Notes: generated from the sequence alone by a model not told the origin. DNA of 64,000 nt from an uncultured Bdellovibrionales bacterium (GCA_964654585.1 CAZZJR010000002.1:18957-82956); one strand, 5' to 3'; shown: positions 8,494 through 19,269, counted from the first letter of the stretch. A program made the numbers and translations.

Positions 8494-11400
8494 ATGTTCC
8501 TCATCCCTTCCGGCACAAAACGAGTCATTGGTCTCTCAGGTGCGGCAACAGGCTGGCTCCTGAGCGGCATCGCGTCCACCGAACGGCAAGTGGTGGTTGT
8601 GTGCAGCGACCGCCGGGTAATGGACCAGCTCGCGGATGACCTTTCTTTCTTCCTCGGCAAAGAATCCGTTGCTCTTTTCCCGGCCTGGGAGACGCTCCCG
8701 ATGGAGCTGGTATCTCCCGGGGTCGATGTCTCGGCAGCGCGAATCAGGGCGCTAGCGGCCATCCTTGCCGATAAGCCCTACCTGATCCTTACCTGCGCCG
8801 AGGCCCTTCTGCAGAAGGTGGTGGCGAGCGAGAGCATCGTCTCCCAGAGCTTCGCACTTGAAACGGGACAAGCTATCAACCGCGAGGTCCTCGTGGCTCA
8901 GCTTGTCGAGGCAGGCTTCGTTCCGGTCCGAAACGTCGCCCAGCCGGGCGAGTACAGCGCGAAGGGAGCTGTCGTCGATTTTTTCCCCTCTACAGCCGCA
9001 CATCCGCTGCGAGCGGAGCTACGCGATGGAAAAGTGCAGGCTCTCCGATTTTTTAGCGCAGATTCGCAGCGGTCGCTGGGTGACACGGCGCGGTGCGATG
9101 TTCTGCCCGTTAGAGAGCTCGCTCTTGGCATATGGCACACCTCGGACCCAGAGGGCGTATCCGCCAAGCTCAAGGAGCGTGCCACCGAGACCGGCGCCCC
9201 GCCGCGCGAAGTAGAGAAAGTGCTTCAGGCGCTTGAGCAGCACGACGAGTATCCCGGCCTTGAGCTCCTTCAGTACGCCGCTGCGCCGCGGGCGTTGCCG
9301 ACCTTGCTGGAGCTTCTTCCCGAGTCCGTGCCGGTGCTCACCGTCGATGCGTCTCAGTCAATGAGGGCTATCGAGGAGCTGTCGGAGAATGCCGTAGACC
9401 GTGCGAGGCGGCTTGAGCACGAACAGCACCTCATCCCGAGGGTGTCAGACGTATTCGCCGAACCGGAATTCGTGCAGGGACTTCTCTCTGCTCGCACAAC
9501 ACTTGCCGTATCAGGACTCGAGGGACCGGAAACTGCGCACGAAACCTTGAATGCCAGGGCAGAGAGCACCGCGGACCTCGCTACTCGGATGCGGAGCGCC
9601 GTCGGGAGCGGGCAAGCTTTTCAACCGCTGCGAAACTTCCTTGATGAGTTCCGTGAGAGGCACTTCTCGGTTGCCTTCTGCGTTGGTTCATTCAGCCGCG
9701 CGCAGCGCCTCCAGTCGATACTGCTCGATATCGGCACAGATGCTCCGATCGAGCCAGGCACGGGGCAACGCTGGATTCAGGCCGCTCGACGCCCTCCTGT
9801 CGCTATTATCGTCGGTCACCTATCGGCGGGGTTCCGGCTCCCGGACCAGAAGCTGTGCTTCGTCTCTGAGAGTGAGATCTTCAGCGAACGCTCGTACCGC
9901 TCAAGTGGGGCGCCAAAAGTCAGCGCCAAACGACTGCTGAGTGCCCTGTCGCTCCTCAAGGAGGGCGACTACATCGTGCATATCGACTACGGAATCGGCG
10001 TCTACCATGGGCTCCGGCATCTAGCTGTCGAAGGAGTTCTAGGTGACTTTCTGCAAATCGACTACGCAGACAGCCGCCTCTACCTGCCCGCGCACCAGAT
10101 CGGCAAAGTGCAGAAATTCGTGGCAACAGAGGGCCAGCAGCCGCACGTGGACAAGCTAGGCTCGACGCGCTGGTTCCGCACGAAGCAGAAGATTCGTGAC
10201 TCGATCGTGACACTCGCTGGAGATCTGATCCGGCTGTACGCTTCCCGCTCCGTGGCGAAGGGATGGCGATTCGAGCCCATGGGCGCCGAAGATGAGCGCT
10301 TTGCTGACGGGTTTCCTTTCGACGAGACACCAGACCAGCGCAAGGCGATCGAGGAGACCATTTCGGATCTCTCAAGAGAGAAGCCTATGGACCGGCTGGT
10401 ATGCGGCGATGTCGGATTCGGCAAGACGGAAGTAGCAATCAGGGCTGCCTTCAAATGCGTCCAGCATGCCCGACAGGTCGTGGTGCTCGTACCGACCACC
10501 ATTCTCGTTGAGCAGCATAAGAATAGCTTCATCGAGAGATTCGCAGGTTATCCGGCTAAAGTAGCAGCCGTGAGCCGCTTCTACTCAGCCGCAGAGAACT
10601 TGCAGACGCTCGAAGCTGCGGCGCGTGGCGAGATCGACATCGTGATCGGGACTCACCGACTCCTCCAGGCCGACGTGCACTTTAAGGATCTTGGGCTTCT
10701 CATCATCGACGAGGAACACCGCTTCGGCGTTAAGCAGAAAGAGCGCCTGCGCTCGTACCGAACGAGCGTTGATGTGCTGACACTTACCGCAACTCCCATC
10801 CCTCGCACCCTGCACATGTCTCTGCTCGACATCCGCGACATCAGCCTTATTCAGACTCCCCCTGTGGACCGTCGGGCGGTGCAGACCTACGTGGCCGAGC
10901 GCGACGATGCGCTCGTTCGAGACGCGATCATGCGCGAATTGCGCCGCGGCGGTCAGGCGTTCTTCATCCACAACAGAGTACAGAATATCGCCCTTGTTAC
11001 GGCGCATCTAGCGGAGCTGGTGCCTGAGGCGCGCATTGAGTTCGCGCACGGGCAGATGAGCGAGCTAGCGCTCGAGCAGATTATGCGCCGCTTCACCGAA
11101 CGACAGTTCGACGTACTCGTTTCTACCACCATCGTCGAGTCAGGGCTCGATGTGCCGAACGCCAACACAATCATCATCGACCGCGCCGATCACTTCGGCT
11201 TAGCCCAGCTCTATCAGCTTCGCGGCCGCGTTGGCCGGGCGAAGCGCCAGGCGTATGCCTACCTGATGGTACCCCACATGAAGTCGCTCACAGGGGAGGC
11301 GCACGAACGCCTCAAGGTGCTCCAGTCCCTCGACTCCCTAGGAGCCGGCTTCAACCTCGCCATACGCGATCTTGAAATTCGCGGCGCTGGCAACCTGCTC

Positions 11401-12009
11401 GGCAAAGAGCAGTCCGGAAATGTGTTGTCTGTTGGGTTCGACATGTACTGCCGAATTCTTCAGGAAGCAGTGGCTGACCTCAAGGGTGACGAGCCGGCCC
11501 TTGAAGACAGTATTGACCCCGAAGTCAGAATCATCGGTGTCGATGCCTTCATTCCCGAAGCCTACGTGCCCGACATCGGGGAGCGGCTCGTGTTGTATCA
11601 GCGGCTATCAAACATCAGGACGGACGACGAGGCTTTTGATCTGCAGCGTGAGATTGAGGACCGCTTCGGTCCAACCTCAGTCGAGGTCGACAACCTCTTC
11701 TTGCTCATGCGCTACCGTGGCCTGCTGCGGGCATACGGCGTCGTAAAGTCTGAGGTCACTCCCGAAAAAGCAGCTATAACCTTCAGTCCATTGGCGTTGC
11801 TTCGGGACGGACACCGTGCAACGCAAAACACCCGAGTTGATGGTTTAAAAGCCCTCGCCTTAGTCCAAAAAGAGCCAAACCGGTACAAGTTCGGACGTGG
11901 CAATACCCTCTCTATTTCATTCGTCGAGGAACGCAGTCCCACACTACCCGACGTGCTGCGAATAGTATCGCGGGTGCTGCAGCTGACCGCCCACCGCGCC
12001 CCATCCTGA
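8494..12009 (+). CDS. mfd: transcription-repair coupling factor
   Basis: About 1170 aa. CarD-like segment ([14 protein letters not shown]), SF2 helicase motifs ([28 protein letters not shown]), and the TRG region. The ATG at 8494 (MFLIPSG) is preferred; the ORF track starts at 8416. Confidence 0.9.
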   Translation: MFLIPSGTKRVIGLSGAATGWLLSGIASTERQVVVVCSDRRVMDQLADDLSFFLGKESVALFPAWETLPMELVSPGVDVSAARIRALAAILADKPYLILTCAEALLQKVVASESIVSQSFALETGQAINREVLVAQLVEAGFVPVRNVAQPGEYSAKGAVVDFFPSTAAHPLRAELRDGKVQALRFFSADSQRSLGDTARCDVLPVRELALGIWHTSDPEGVSAKLKERATETGAPPREVEKVLQALEQHDEYPGLELLQYAAAPRALPTLLELLPESVPVLTVDASQSMRAIEELSENAVDRARRLEHEQHLIPRVSDVFAEPEFVQGLLSARTTLAVSGLEGPETAHETLNARAESTADLATRMRSAVGSGQAFQPLRNFLDEFRERHFSVAFCVGSFSRAQRLQSILLDIGTDAPIEPGTGQRWIQAARRPPVAIIVGHLSAGFRLPDQKLCFVSESEIFSERSYRSSGAPKVSAKRLLSALSLLKEGDYIVHIDYGIGVYHGLRHLAVEGVLGDFLQIDYADSRLYLPAHQIGKVQKFVATEGQQPHVDKLGSTRWFRTKQKIRDSIVTLAGDLIRLYASRSVAKGWRFEPMGAEDERFADGFPFDETPDQRKAIEETISDLSREKPMDRLVCGDVGFGKTEVAIRAAFKCVQHARQVVVLVPTTILVEQHKNSFIERFAGYPAKVAAVSRFYSAAENLQTLEAAARGEIDIVIGTHRLLQADVHFKDLGLLIIDEEHRFGVKQKERLRSYRTSVDVLTLTATPIPRTLHMSLLDIRDISLIQTPPVDRRAVQTYVAERDDALVRDAIMRELRRGGQAFFIHNRVQNIALVTAHLAELVPEARIEFAHGQMSELALEQIMRRFTERQFDVLVSTTIVESGLDVPNANTIIIDRADHFGLAQLYQLRGRVGRAKRQAYAYLMVPHMKSLTGEAHERLKVLQSLDSLGAGFNLAIRDLEIRGAGNLLGKEQSGNVLSVGFDMYCRILQEAVADLKGDEPALEDSIDPEVRIIGVDAFIPEAYVPDIGERLVLYQRLSNIRTDDEAFDLQREIEDRFGPTSVEVDNLFLLMRYRGLLRAYGVVKSEVTPEKAAITFSPLALLRDGHRATQNTRVDGLKALALVQKEPNRYKFGRGNTLSISFVEERSPTLPDVLRIVSRVLQLTAHRAPS

Positions 12010-12075
12010 TCTTCTCCGTGAGCCCTTTGGGGCTAGCCTTGCCCCAACCACCTGGACCTACTAAGATCCTGCGTT

Positions 12076-13074
12076 ATGCGCTGCCTGGCCCTCGTCGCCG
12101 TTACTATTTCTCTGATCCTCGCGCCATCTTTCGCGTCTGCTAAACCCAAGCAAGCGGACGGGATTGTGGGTAAATCAGGCGACCAAGAGATCATTCTCGA
12201 TGCCATTGTGGCTTCGGTTGACGACAAACCGATAACCCTGAGCGATCTGGCCAGACGCTTATCGCCCCCTCGAAAGCTCTCGTTGCGCGAGATTTCGAAC
12301 GATCAAGAGGCGATGAAAGCACTCGATTCGATGATCCTTGAGCGTCTGATTGAGCTCGAGGCGGCAGCAAAACAGATATCGATCAGCGACCAGGAGGTCG
12401 ATGATTACGTCAACGAAGTGGCAGCCCGAAACTCTCTCTCTCGACCCGAGTTCGAAGCCGCCCTCAAGAAGGAGGGGCAAACCATAGACAGTTATCGGAA
12501 GCAGATTCGCCTCGACATTCTTAGAACGAAGCTCACATCCACCATGATGCGTGGCGGCGTCAGTGTCAGTGATGGCGAGATAGACGACTACATCGAAAAC
12601 CATCCCGAGTTGAGCCAATCAGGCACGGCAATCAAGCTATCCCTTATCACGATCGCTCAGGAGGGGCGTTCCCAGGAGCAGGTCGAGACTAAAATTGCCG
12701 AAGTTCTTGCCGCCCTAGATGCTGGCGATGCATTCCCTGAGGTAGCAAAACGCTTTTCAGACGGACCTAATACAGCGGAAGGAGGCTCGCTGGGTCTGGT
12801 AGCAGAATCAGACCTGAGCCCGGCCATCGTTCAGGCGATCTTTCCCCTCGACAAAGGGCAGCACTCGCCTCCAATTCGCAGTGTGCAGGGTGCGCAGATC
12901 TTTTATGTTGAGCAACGCTTTTCGGCGATCGATGATGAAGATGACGAGGAGCATCTGCTCGCAGTTCGGCAGGAGGTCAAGTCGCTGCTGCAGAAGCAGA
13001 AAAGTCAGGAGCGAGTCTCATCATTCTTCATTAACGATTTGTACAAGAAACACTCGGTTGACAAGAAGTTTTAG
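12076..13074 (+). CDS. periplasmic SurA-like chaperone / parvulin-type peptidyl-prolyl isomerase
   Basis: Signal peptide (MRCLALVAVTISLILAPSFASA), a SurA-N-like helical region, and one PpiC/parvulin domain (GGSLGLV....P..S.QG..IFYV). Confidence 0.7.
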   Translation: MRCLALVAVTISLILAPSFASAKPKQADGIVGKSGDQEIILDAIVASVDDKPITLSDLARRLSPPRKLSLREISNDQEAMKALDSMILERLIELEAAAKQISISDQEVDDYVNEVAARNSLSRPEFEAALKKEGQTIDSYRKQIRLDILRTKLTSTMMRGGVSVSDGEIDDYIENHPELSQSGTAIKLSLITIAQEGRSQEQVETKIAEVLAALDAGDAFPEVAKRFSDGPNTAEGGSLGLVAESDLSPAIVQAIFPLDKGQHSPPIRSVQGAQIFYVEQRFSAIDDEDDEEHLLAVRQEVKSLLQKQKSQERVSSFFINDLYKKHSVDKKF

Positions 13075-13130
13075 AGACACGCTAGAAATTAGAAATAGTA
13101 TTGGATACGCCCTAGAAACAAGGAGACCCT

Positions 13131-14510
13131 ATGAAGATCAATCCGGTCATTTTTCGAGAGTACGACATCCGTGGCACGGTTGGCACGGAGCTCACTCCTG
13201 ACTTTGCTCGCATCCTTGGACGAGCCTACGGCGCGCTAGCGGTTGAGAATAAGATGAACCGCATCGGTGTCGGATACGACTGCAGGCTAAGCTCACCTGA
13301 GTACGCACAGGCGCTCGCAGAGGGACTCTCCGATGAGGGGCTTGATGTCGTCATGACAGGCATGGGACCGACGCCGCAACTGTACTATTCTGTCTTCTCG
13401 CAAGACTTGGGCGGAGGAATCCAAGTCACCGGCAGCCACAACCCGCCAGACATGAATGGATTTAAGATCCTTCTCGGGAAACAAACGCTCTCTGGCACCG
13501 ACATCCAAGACCTGAAGGTTCGTTGTGAGCGTGCCATTGGAAGGCCCCCTGTTGCGAAGCGTGGGGCAATCTCGCAAGTAGACATTCGGCAGCAGTACAT
13601 CGAAGCCCTGATCGCTAATTCGCGTCCTCACATGGGGTCTCGCAAGCTGAAGGTCGTCGTCGATGGAGGAAACGGCGTAGGCGGGTTGGTTGGTCCTGCA
13701 GTGCTGCGGGGCCTCGGAGTCGAGGTTATTGAGCTTTTCTGCGAACCAGATGGTCGCTTCCCAAACCACCATCCGGACCCAACGGTGCTGAAGAACATTC
13801 AAGACCTCATCAAGGCCGTCCGAGAGCACAAAGCAGATTTCGGCATCGGATGGGATGGAGATGCAGATCGCATCGGCGTGGTAGATGAACGTGGAGAGGT
13901 GGTGTTTGGGGACATGCTCTTGCTGCTCTACGGCCGTGCTATCCTCGAGGAGAAGCCGGGCGCGACCATCATCGGTGATGTGAAGTGCTCAAGCCTCCTT
14001 TTCAATGACCTCAAAAGTCGTGGCGCCAACGCGATTATGTGGAAGACTGGACACTCTCTCATCAAGAGCAAGCTCAAGGAAACTCACGGAGACCTCGCTG
14101 GAGAGATGAGCGGGCACATCTTTTTTAAGCACCGATACTTCGGATTTGACGATGCACTGTACTCGTCAGCCCGTCTCGCCGAGATCGTCAGTAAGCACTC
14201 CGGTCCTATGTCTTCGCTCCTGTCAGGACTTCCCCAAATGGTGTCGACTCCTGAGATTCGGGTCGACTGTCCCGAGGAGATCAAGTTCCAGATCGCGAAA
14301 GAGGCTCAGGCAGCCTTCCCGGAGTTCAAGGTTGACACGATTGACGGTGTGCGGATCTCCTTCGAAAAAGGATGGGGACTTGTTCGCGCATCGAACACGC
14401 AACCGGTTCTCGTCATGCGTTTCGAGGCGGAATCCGCGAATCTCTTGGAGAGCTACAAGAAAACGGTCATCGATCGGATAGAGGACATCAAGACCCGCCT
14501 AGCGCGCTAG
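13131..14510 (+). CDS. phosphomannomutase/phosphoglucomutase
   Basis: Active-site loop TGSHNPPDMNGFK, metal loop GWDGDADR, sugar loop GEMSGH. Confidence 0.88.
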   Translation: MKINPVIFREYDIRGTVGTELTPDFARILGRAYGALAVENKMNRIGVGYDCRLSSPEYAQALAEGLSDEGLDVVMTGMGPTPQLYYSVFSQDLGGGIQVTGSHNPPDMNGFKILLGKQTLSGTDIQDLKVRCERAIGRPPVAKRGAISQVDIRQQYIEALIANSRPHMGSRKLKVVVDGGNGVGGLVGPAVLRGLGVEVIELFCEPDGRFPNHHPDPTVLKNIQDLIKAVREHKADFGIGWDGDADRIGVVDERGEVVFGDMLLLLYGRAILEEKPGATIIGDVKCSSLLFNDLKSRGANAIMWKTGHSLIKSKLKETHGDLAGEMSGHIFFKHRYFGFDDALYSSARLAEIVSKHSGPMSSLLSGLPQMVSTPEIRVDCPEEIKFQIAKEAQAAFPEFKVDTIDGVRISFEKGWGLVRASNTQPVLVMRFEAESANLLESYKKTVIDRIEDIKTRLAR

Positions 14511-14541
14511 CTCGCGCGTTCGCGCGCTGCGGCATGAAGGC

Positions 14542-16554
14542 GTGAAAGCTACAGGCACCATGGAAGCGCAAGCCGAGCCGTTCTCAGCGAGGGAGTTCTT
14601 TCGAGCCTACACACGTGGAGTTGCGAACGAGTCTGTCGGTGAACTGCGCTCTCTGTTGCAGCTCCCTGGCCCATCCGGCCCAGTCATGGCAGATACCGCC
14701 GCTAACGGGTCGCTCAGGTGGGTCGATGGACTCGTGCAGCAAGCGCAAGCGACGGAACTTATGATCGAGGCAGTTCGCCAAGGTTCCGTGCCGCCACCTT
14801 GCTCAACACGAGCTTCGCCTCTCAGTGGAGTCCGGGTACGATTCACCGATCCAGAGAAGTTGTGTAGCTCTCCGTGCACCGTGCTATCTCTCTTCCAGTG
14901 CGAACAGCAGCTGGTTTCCTCGGCCACTAAGGCGGCAGCAATTCACTGTGAAAAGTGCGGCGTCGTAGCTCCGCGGTTCCGGCGGCCACATGAACTCTGC
15001 AGAGTGCTGCTCGACGCGCTACAAGGAGAATCTGCCGTCATCTCGGTAGCAAGCAGCTCCGAAACGCTCAAGAACTGGTCCGACCAAGTCGGCTTCTCCG
15101 ACACAAGCGTCGCGGACGGCAACTGGTGTACGAGGATAGACTCTGGCCCAGTCAACGACTCTCTCATAGCTGCTCTTACCCCCGTACTCCGGTCAACGTG
15201 GCGATTCCCTGACTTCCACCTGAAGGCGCAATCACGCTCAGGAATCATTCGGCTCGCCCCACACGGCATCTGCCCGTCATGCGACAGGATCTTCAGTCCT
15301 ATTACCAGCCCTCGAATTGAGTCGATAGTGCGAGGTGGTCTTGCTTTGGGCAACCCAAAAGGAGATGAGCACTGTCTCGACCTCGGAGGACTATCCATAC
15401 GAGAGGCTCTCGCTACTCCTATCGGCTCAACCCCCTTTCCTGATGCGCTCCGCGCAGTTCTGCCAGAGGAATTCAGGCTAAAACTGCTGGCTCTCGGGCT
15501 TGGCCACCTGCCCCTTGGGGCATCCACGACCTCGCTATCGTCAGCAGAGCTGTGCTTGGCATCGCTGGCAGCGACACTGCGCGACCGCTCAGCATTAGCA
15601 GTTATCGATCTGCCTCGCGGTATCGTATCGAACGCAGTGGCGGCTGTAGTCGAGACTTTGATCAATGCTCCTGAGTCACGACCGCCCACCGTTATCGTGG
15701 GCTCTTTGCCAACAGCTCGCAGTCACGAGTTCCAGCACCAGGAGATACAGTTCTCATCTGAACCACCGCTCGGTACGCTACACAGCCCAACCGGCGAGCG
15801 CCCGCTGCGCCGAGGCTTGGTGGTACTCCCGGGGGAAGCTCCGTCTCCAAACTGGGAGACTGCTCTCGCGGCCAAGCGCGTTTCACCAAGCGAGGGAACA
15901 AGCATAGTCTCTCTGCGAGTGTTTGATTCCTATTCATCAAAAAGGACGACTCTGATTGAGTTACTGAACCTCTTTGAACCACTCTGCAAGCTCTTCACCT
16001 CATCGATTGACGCCAAAACATTTGGCCTATCGGTAGCAGATCTCGCCCTACGCCCTCGTGGCAACCGCGGCTTCGCTTGCCGCGACTGTCACGGCTTGGG
16101 AGTGCAACTTGAGCCCCTTGAACAGATAAACAGACCGAAGGCCTCTCGCTGTAGCTCCTGCGCTGGGGCCCGCTTCATCGGTGGCGTAGAAAAGTTGCTT
16201 TTCCGGGGACTTTCAATTTCTCAAATTCTAAACACGACGGTCATCGAGTTGCGCCCCATGCTGCGCGCACTCCCAAAAAGCACTCCGGCTCTTGAGTTAC
16301 TTACGCTGTTGGATCTTGAGCACCTCCCTGTGGGCATGCCACTCGCGCTACTCAGCTTTTCCGAGCGACGGCGGATTCAACTGCTAGCGGCCGCCCTCGC
16401 AGGGCGAAATCTCAGGCGGCCTCAAATTGCGTTGGTTGAACTCCCGTTCGCGGGGCTATCGGAGAGGCACGCCTGCTCGGTTGAGAAGCTACTGCGTACC
16501 TCTGAGTTCTCGCCCCACACTTGCTGGGTCGTTAATACGCCGCAGAATTCTTGA
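14542..16554 (+). CDS. UvrA-like protein with degenerate ATPase motifs (function unknown)
   Basis: Colinear with UvrA landmarks. Zn-module pairs are present: CPSCDRIF and CRDCHGLGV...CSSCAGARF, against UvrA CEACQGDGV...CDQCKGKRY. ABC-signature positions read LSSAE and LSFSE instead of LSGGE. Walker B positions read VIDLP and LVELP instead of hhLDEP. Walker A positions read FDSYSSKRTT, with no G-rich loop at all near the N-terminus. The start is GTG 14542 or ATG 14560. Confidence 0.6.
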   Translation: MKATGTMEAQAEPFSAREFFRAYTRGVANESVGELRSLLQLPGPSGPVMADTAANGSLRWVDGLVQQAQATELMIEAVRQGSVPPPCSTRASPLSGVRVRFTDPEKLCSSPCTVLSLFQCEQQLVSSATKAAAIHCEKCGVVAPRFRRPHELCRVLLDALQGESAVISVASSSETLKNWSDQVGFSDTSVADGNWCTRIDSGPVNDSLIAALTPVLRSTWRFPDFHLKAQSRSGIIRLAPHGICPSCDRIFSPITSPRIESIVRGGLALGNPKGDEHCLDLGGLSIREALATPIGSTPFPDALRAVLPEEFRLKLLALGLGHLPLGASTTSLSSAELCLASLAATLRDRSALAVIDLPRGIVSNAVAAVVETLINAPESRPPTVIVGSLPTARSHEFQHQEIQFSSEPPLGTLHSPTGERPLRRGLVVLPGEAPSPNWETALAAKRVSPSEGTSIVSLRVFDSYSSKRTTLIELLNLFEPLCKLFTSSIDAKTFGLSVADLALRPRGNRGFACRDCHGLGVQLEPLEQINRPKASRCSSCAGARFIGGVEKLLFRGLSISQILNTTVIELRPMLRALPKSTPALELLTLLDLEHLPVGMPLALLSFSERRRIQLLAAALAGRNLRRPQIALVELPFAGLSERHACSVEKLLRTSEFSPHTCWVVNTPQNS

Positions 16555-16726
16555 TACTGCCCTCCACCGATCCGAATAAATCACCTAAAATCAAGTGGTT
16601 AGCGGATGCTCGACGATTGCCTCTTACGGCACAAACGTACAATTGCCGACCATAACTACACTAAAGAGTTCGCAGCGCTCTGTTGCGGACCGGAAGTTGA
16701 ACCGTTTCAACTACAAGTTTTGCGAG

Positions 16727-17071
16727 ATGACGACACAACTCCAGAAACCGAGGTACCGGTCGAAGAATGCGCAGCGCGGGGAGGCAGAGTTCCTCCTCTT
16801 CGGACTTGCTGTCCTCGTGACTCTTCTCTTCTCTGGCACAGTCTGGCTGCTATCCTCAATTCGTGACGCGAAAGACGCGAGAGTGATGGCGCAAAAAGAG
16901 CTGCGCTATGCCCAACGCAACAAGGGGCCGTTTGTTGCCAGAACAGACCCGGCGGAGTACTACGCACGTTGCAACGGTTCTCTCAGCTCGCTGTTGAATG
17001 TCGATTACAAGTGCAGTGTGTTACCGGAATCATACGGCGAGCTCCTGATAGAGCTAGACCCGCTCGATTGA
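16727..17071 (+). CDS. hypothetical membrane-anchored protein with a TadE/pseudopilin-like N-terminus
   Basis: ATG 16727 gives MTTQLQKPRYRSKNAQRGEAEFLLFGLAVLVTLLF, a basic leader then G..AEF plus a hydrophobic helix, reminiscent of TadE-like proteins. The ORF track starts at 16595. No other family motif was seen. Confidence 0.4.
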   Translation: MTTQLQKPRYRSKNAQRGEAEFLLFGLAVLVTLLFSGTVWLLSSIRDAKDARVMAQKELRYAQRNKGPFVARTDPAEYYARCNGSLSSLLNVDYKCSVLPESYGELLIELDPLD

Positions 17072-17123
17072 TCTCTGTTTTATTTGTCAGGAACGACCAG
17101 GCTCCCGGCGCCGCGCCCCGCTG

Positions 17124-17360
17124 CTATTTCTTCGGGGAAGTCGTATCGGTCTCTTCCTTTGTCTCAAGCGGCAGGGGCAACAATTCATCTTGTTTGAACT
17201 CGCCGTCTTGGGTCGCTTGAGTTTCAGAGCCGCTGATGATGACAACGGGGAGGGACCCGGAATCCAGTTTGAAGGCGCCCGGGTGATTCTCACAGTAGTT
17301 GTTGAGCAACCACTGGAAATCAGGGTCGTTGATTTCATGAGGGTAAACGGCTCTAGCCAT
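17124..17360 (-). CDS. hypothetical small protein (78 aa)
   Basis: ATG 17360 is preceded by GGAGGA at 7-nt spacing. Sequence is MARAVYPHEINDPDFQWLLNNYCENHPGAF... with an acidic, Thr-rich tail. No family recognised. Confidence 0.45.
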   Translation of the reverse strand: MARAVYPHEINDPDFQWLLNNYCENHPGAFKLDSGSLPVVIISGSETQATQDGEFKQDELLPLPLETKEETDTTSPKK

Positions 17361-17951
17361 ACAGTGCTCCTCCATGAGTGAAAGCGGCGCTATCTCGACC
17401 CTGCATGGGTGCAAATTCGCCACCTACTGCTGTCGGTACCGCTATGCTCTCCTTTGCTTGTGAGAGCCGCGCCCCAGGCTGCCCCGGGCTCAACTGCAAA
17501 AGGCCTGCACAACTGCCCATTCAAACCTTCTCGGCGACGAATAGTTACACGGTGATCTTTCACCACTTCTTCCGCCTTACAGAGAGATTCGGAGGAAGCC
17601 TTAAACTTCTTGAGGTGTAACTTTTCCTGCTTGCCCCCGCCAAATCGCAACCACTTGAATATTCGATGTATTTTTCCAGCCAGGCCGCCGGAGTCCGGTA
17701 GAACCTCGATTGATACGTCAGAAAGCTCGGCTGGCTGAGGGCCTATCGCTTGAGAATTAAACCCGACCCTCCTACACTGGGCGCAGCCGGGGCAGGCCTC
17801 AAGGTGTTGATTTGCTTAATTTCTAGCCAGTCAAAACGAGCGTTGCTCAGCTCCTGTTCAAGTAGCGCGAGCGCCCGCCAGCGGCAGAGGTGACTCCCGC
17901 GCAAATCGTTTGCAGCCGCGTCGGACGTCGGCCAGTTTGTGTGTAGTTTTC

Positions 17952-19259
17952 ATGACCTCATCTGAACCATCAGATACCAGCTCCACCGAGGATCGAGCGG
18001 CCGAGTGCGTCGTCTACGGGCCTGAACACCATCCGATTCGTAAGAGCGAAATCGATGAGGATGCGCGCAAGATCGTGTACCGATTGCAGCGCGCTGGCTA
18101 CAAAGCATACGTTGTCGGTGGTGGTGTGCGCGATCTCGTTCTCGGTAAGAAGCCGAAAGACTTCGACATCTCTACTGACGCGACTCCTCGCGAGATCAAG
18201 TCGCTCTTCCGCAACTGCAGAATCATCGGTCGCCGCTTCAAGCTCGCTCACATATTTTTCGGTCACGGGAAGACGATAGAAGTCTCTACCTTCCGCGACT
18301 TAGTTGAGTGGAGCGAGCCCGCCGAGGCTGAGCAACAGCCACCGAATTCTCCGGCTTCACCGGTCATGAGCGACAACACCTACGGCACTGAAAGCACGGA
18401 TGCTGTGCGCCGCGACATCACTATCAATGGCCTTTTTCTCGACGTCTCGACTATGGAGATCATCGACTACGTGGGGGGAATGGAAGACTTGAAGCGCGGC
18501 ATCGTGAGGGTCATTGGAGTGCCGGAGCTTCGCTTCAAAGAAGACCCTGTGCGCATGCTAAGAGTCGTGCGTCACGCCGCCCGCAACGGCTTCAGCATCA
18601 ACCCCGCGTGTTGGAGTGCTATCCTTGAGCACTCGTCGTGGATCACGCAGTGCTCGCAGGTTCGGGTTTTTGATGAGCTGAAAAAAGACTTCTGCTCTGG
18701 CTGCTTCCTTACCATTCTATCGCTGCTCGGTGACACTGGGTTGGTTGAGTACATCCTTCCTGAGCTGCTTGAGAACAACGGGCGCCTGCTCTCGGCAGAA
18801 AGCGACTTCAGCCAGTGCCTAGAAAAGATAGACGATTTAGTCTTATCCGGCGAAACGGTATCCCCCACCGTCGTTCTCACGATCATTGCGCTGTTCATCG
18901 CAGGCGACTCGATCTGGCTGAAAGATTTGGCAGAGACCCTTCCAGAGGCCTCGGACCTGGGAGAGAGACTCAGCGCATGCTTCACTCGATTGGTGGTGCC
19001 TCGCAAAGAGCGCGAGAAGATCCAAATGCTTCTCTCACTCTGGTCCAAAGTCCGTTCCACTCCCGTTCGTTCACTCAAACCAGGCTCGTACCGACGTTCA
19101 TCTCTTCTGCCGGAGCTGATAACCCTGCTTGAAGTCTCCTGCATCACGCGCGAAGATGCGCAGAGGCTAAACCTGCTTCTGCCGCTCCTCAATGACGAGG
19201 ACGCAGTCCACCACGACTTTGAGTCACGCCACGCCGGAGAGGGGCGTCGGCGCAGGTAG
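17952..19259 (+). CDS. pcnB: poly(A) polymerase I (nucleotidyltransferase of the CCA/PcnB family)
   Basis: YVVGGGVRDLVLGKKPKDFDISTDATP, RIIGRRFKLAHIFFG..IEVSTFR and RRDITINGL motifs. The RxxGRRFxLxH segment favours PcnB over a CCA-adding enzyme. Confidence 0.8.
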   Translation: MTSSEPSDTSSTEDRAAECVVYGPEHHPIRKSEIDEDARKIVYRLQRAGYKAYVVGGGVRDLVLGKKPKDFDISTDATPREIKSLFRNCRIIGRRFKLAHIFFGHGKTIEVSTFRDLVEWSEPAEAEQQPPNSPASPVMSDNTYGTESTDAVRRDITINGLFLDVSTMEIIDYVGGMEDLKRGIVRVIGVPELRFKEDPVRMLRVVRHAARNGFSINPACWSAILEHSSWITQCSQVRVFDELKKDFCSGCFLTILSLLGDTGLVEYILPELLENNGRLLSAESDFSQCLEKIDDLVLSGETVSPTVVLTIIALFIAGDSIWLKDLAETLPEASDLGERLSACFTRLVVPRKEREKIQMLLSLWSKVRSTPVRSLKPGSYRRSSLLPELITLLEVSCITREDAQRLNLLLPLLNDEDAVHHDFESRHAGEGRRRR

Positions 19260-19269
19260 AGTGAGCACG

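Noticed and set aside
14943-15689. Long antisense or alternate-frame ORFs. Examples are 14943..15689(-), 883..1341(-), 1338..1874(-), 25663..26220(-), 26539..27111(-), 35065..35634(-) and 45856..46380(-).
   Set aside because: Each lies inside or opposite a gene with strong family motifs. Their products are Arg/Ser/Ala/Pro-rich and of low complexity, and they lack an RBS. This is a typical stop-codon-poor artefact of high GC content, not evidence of overlapping genes.
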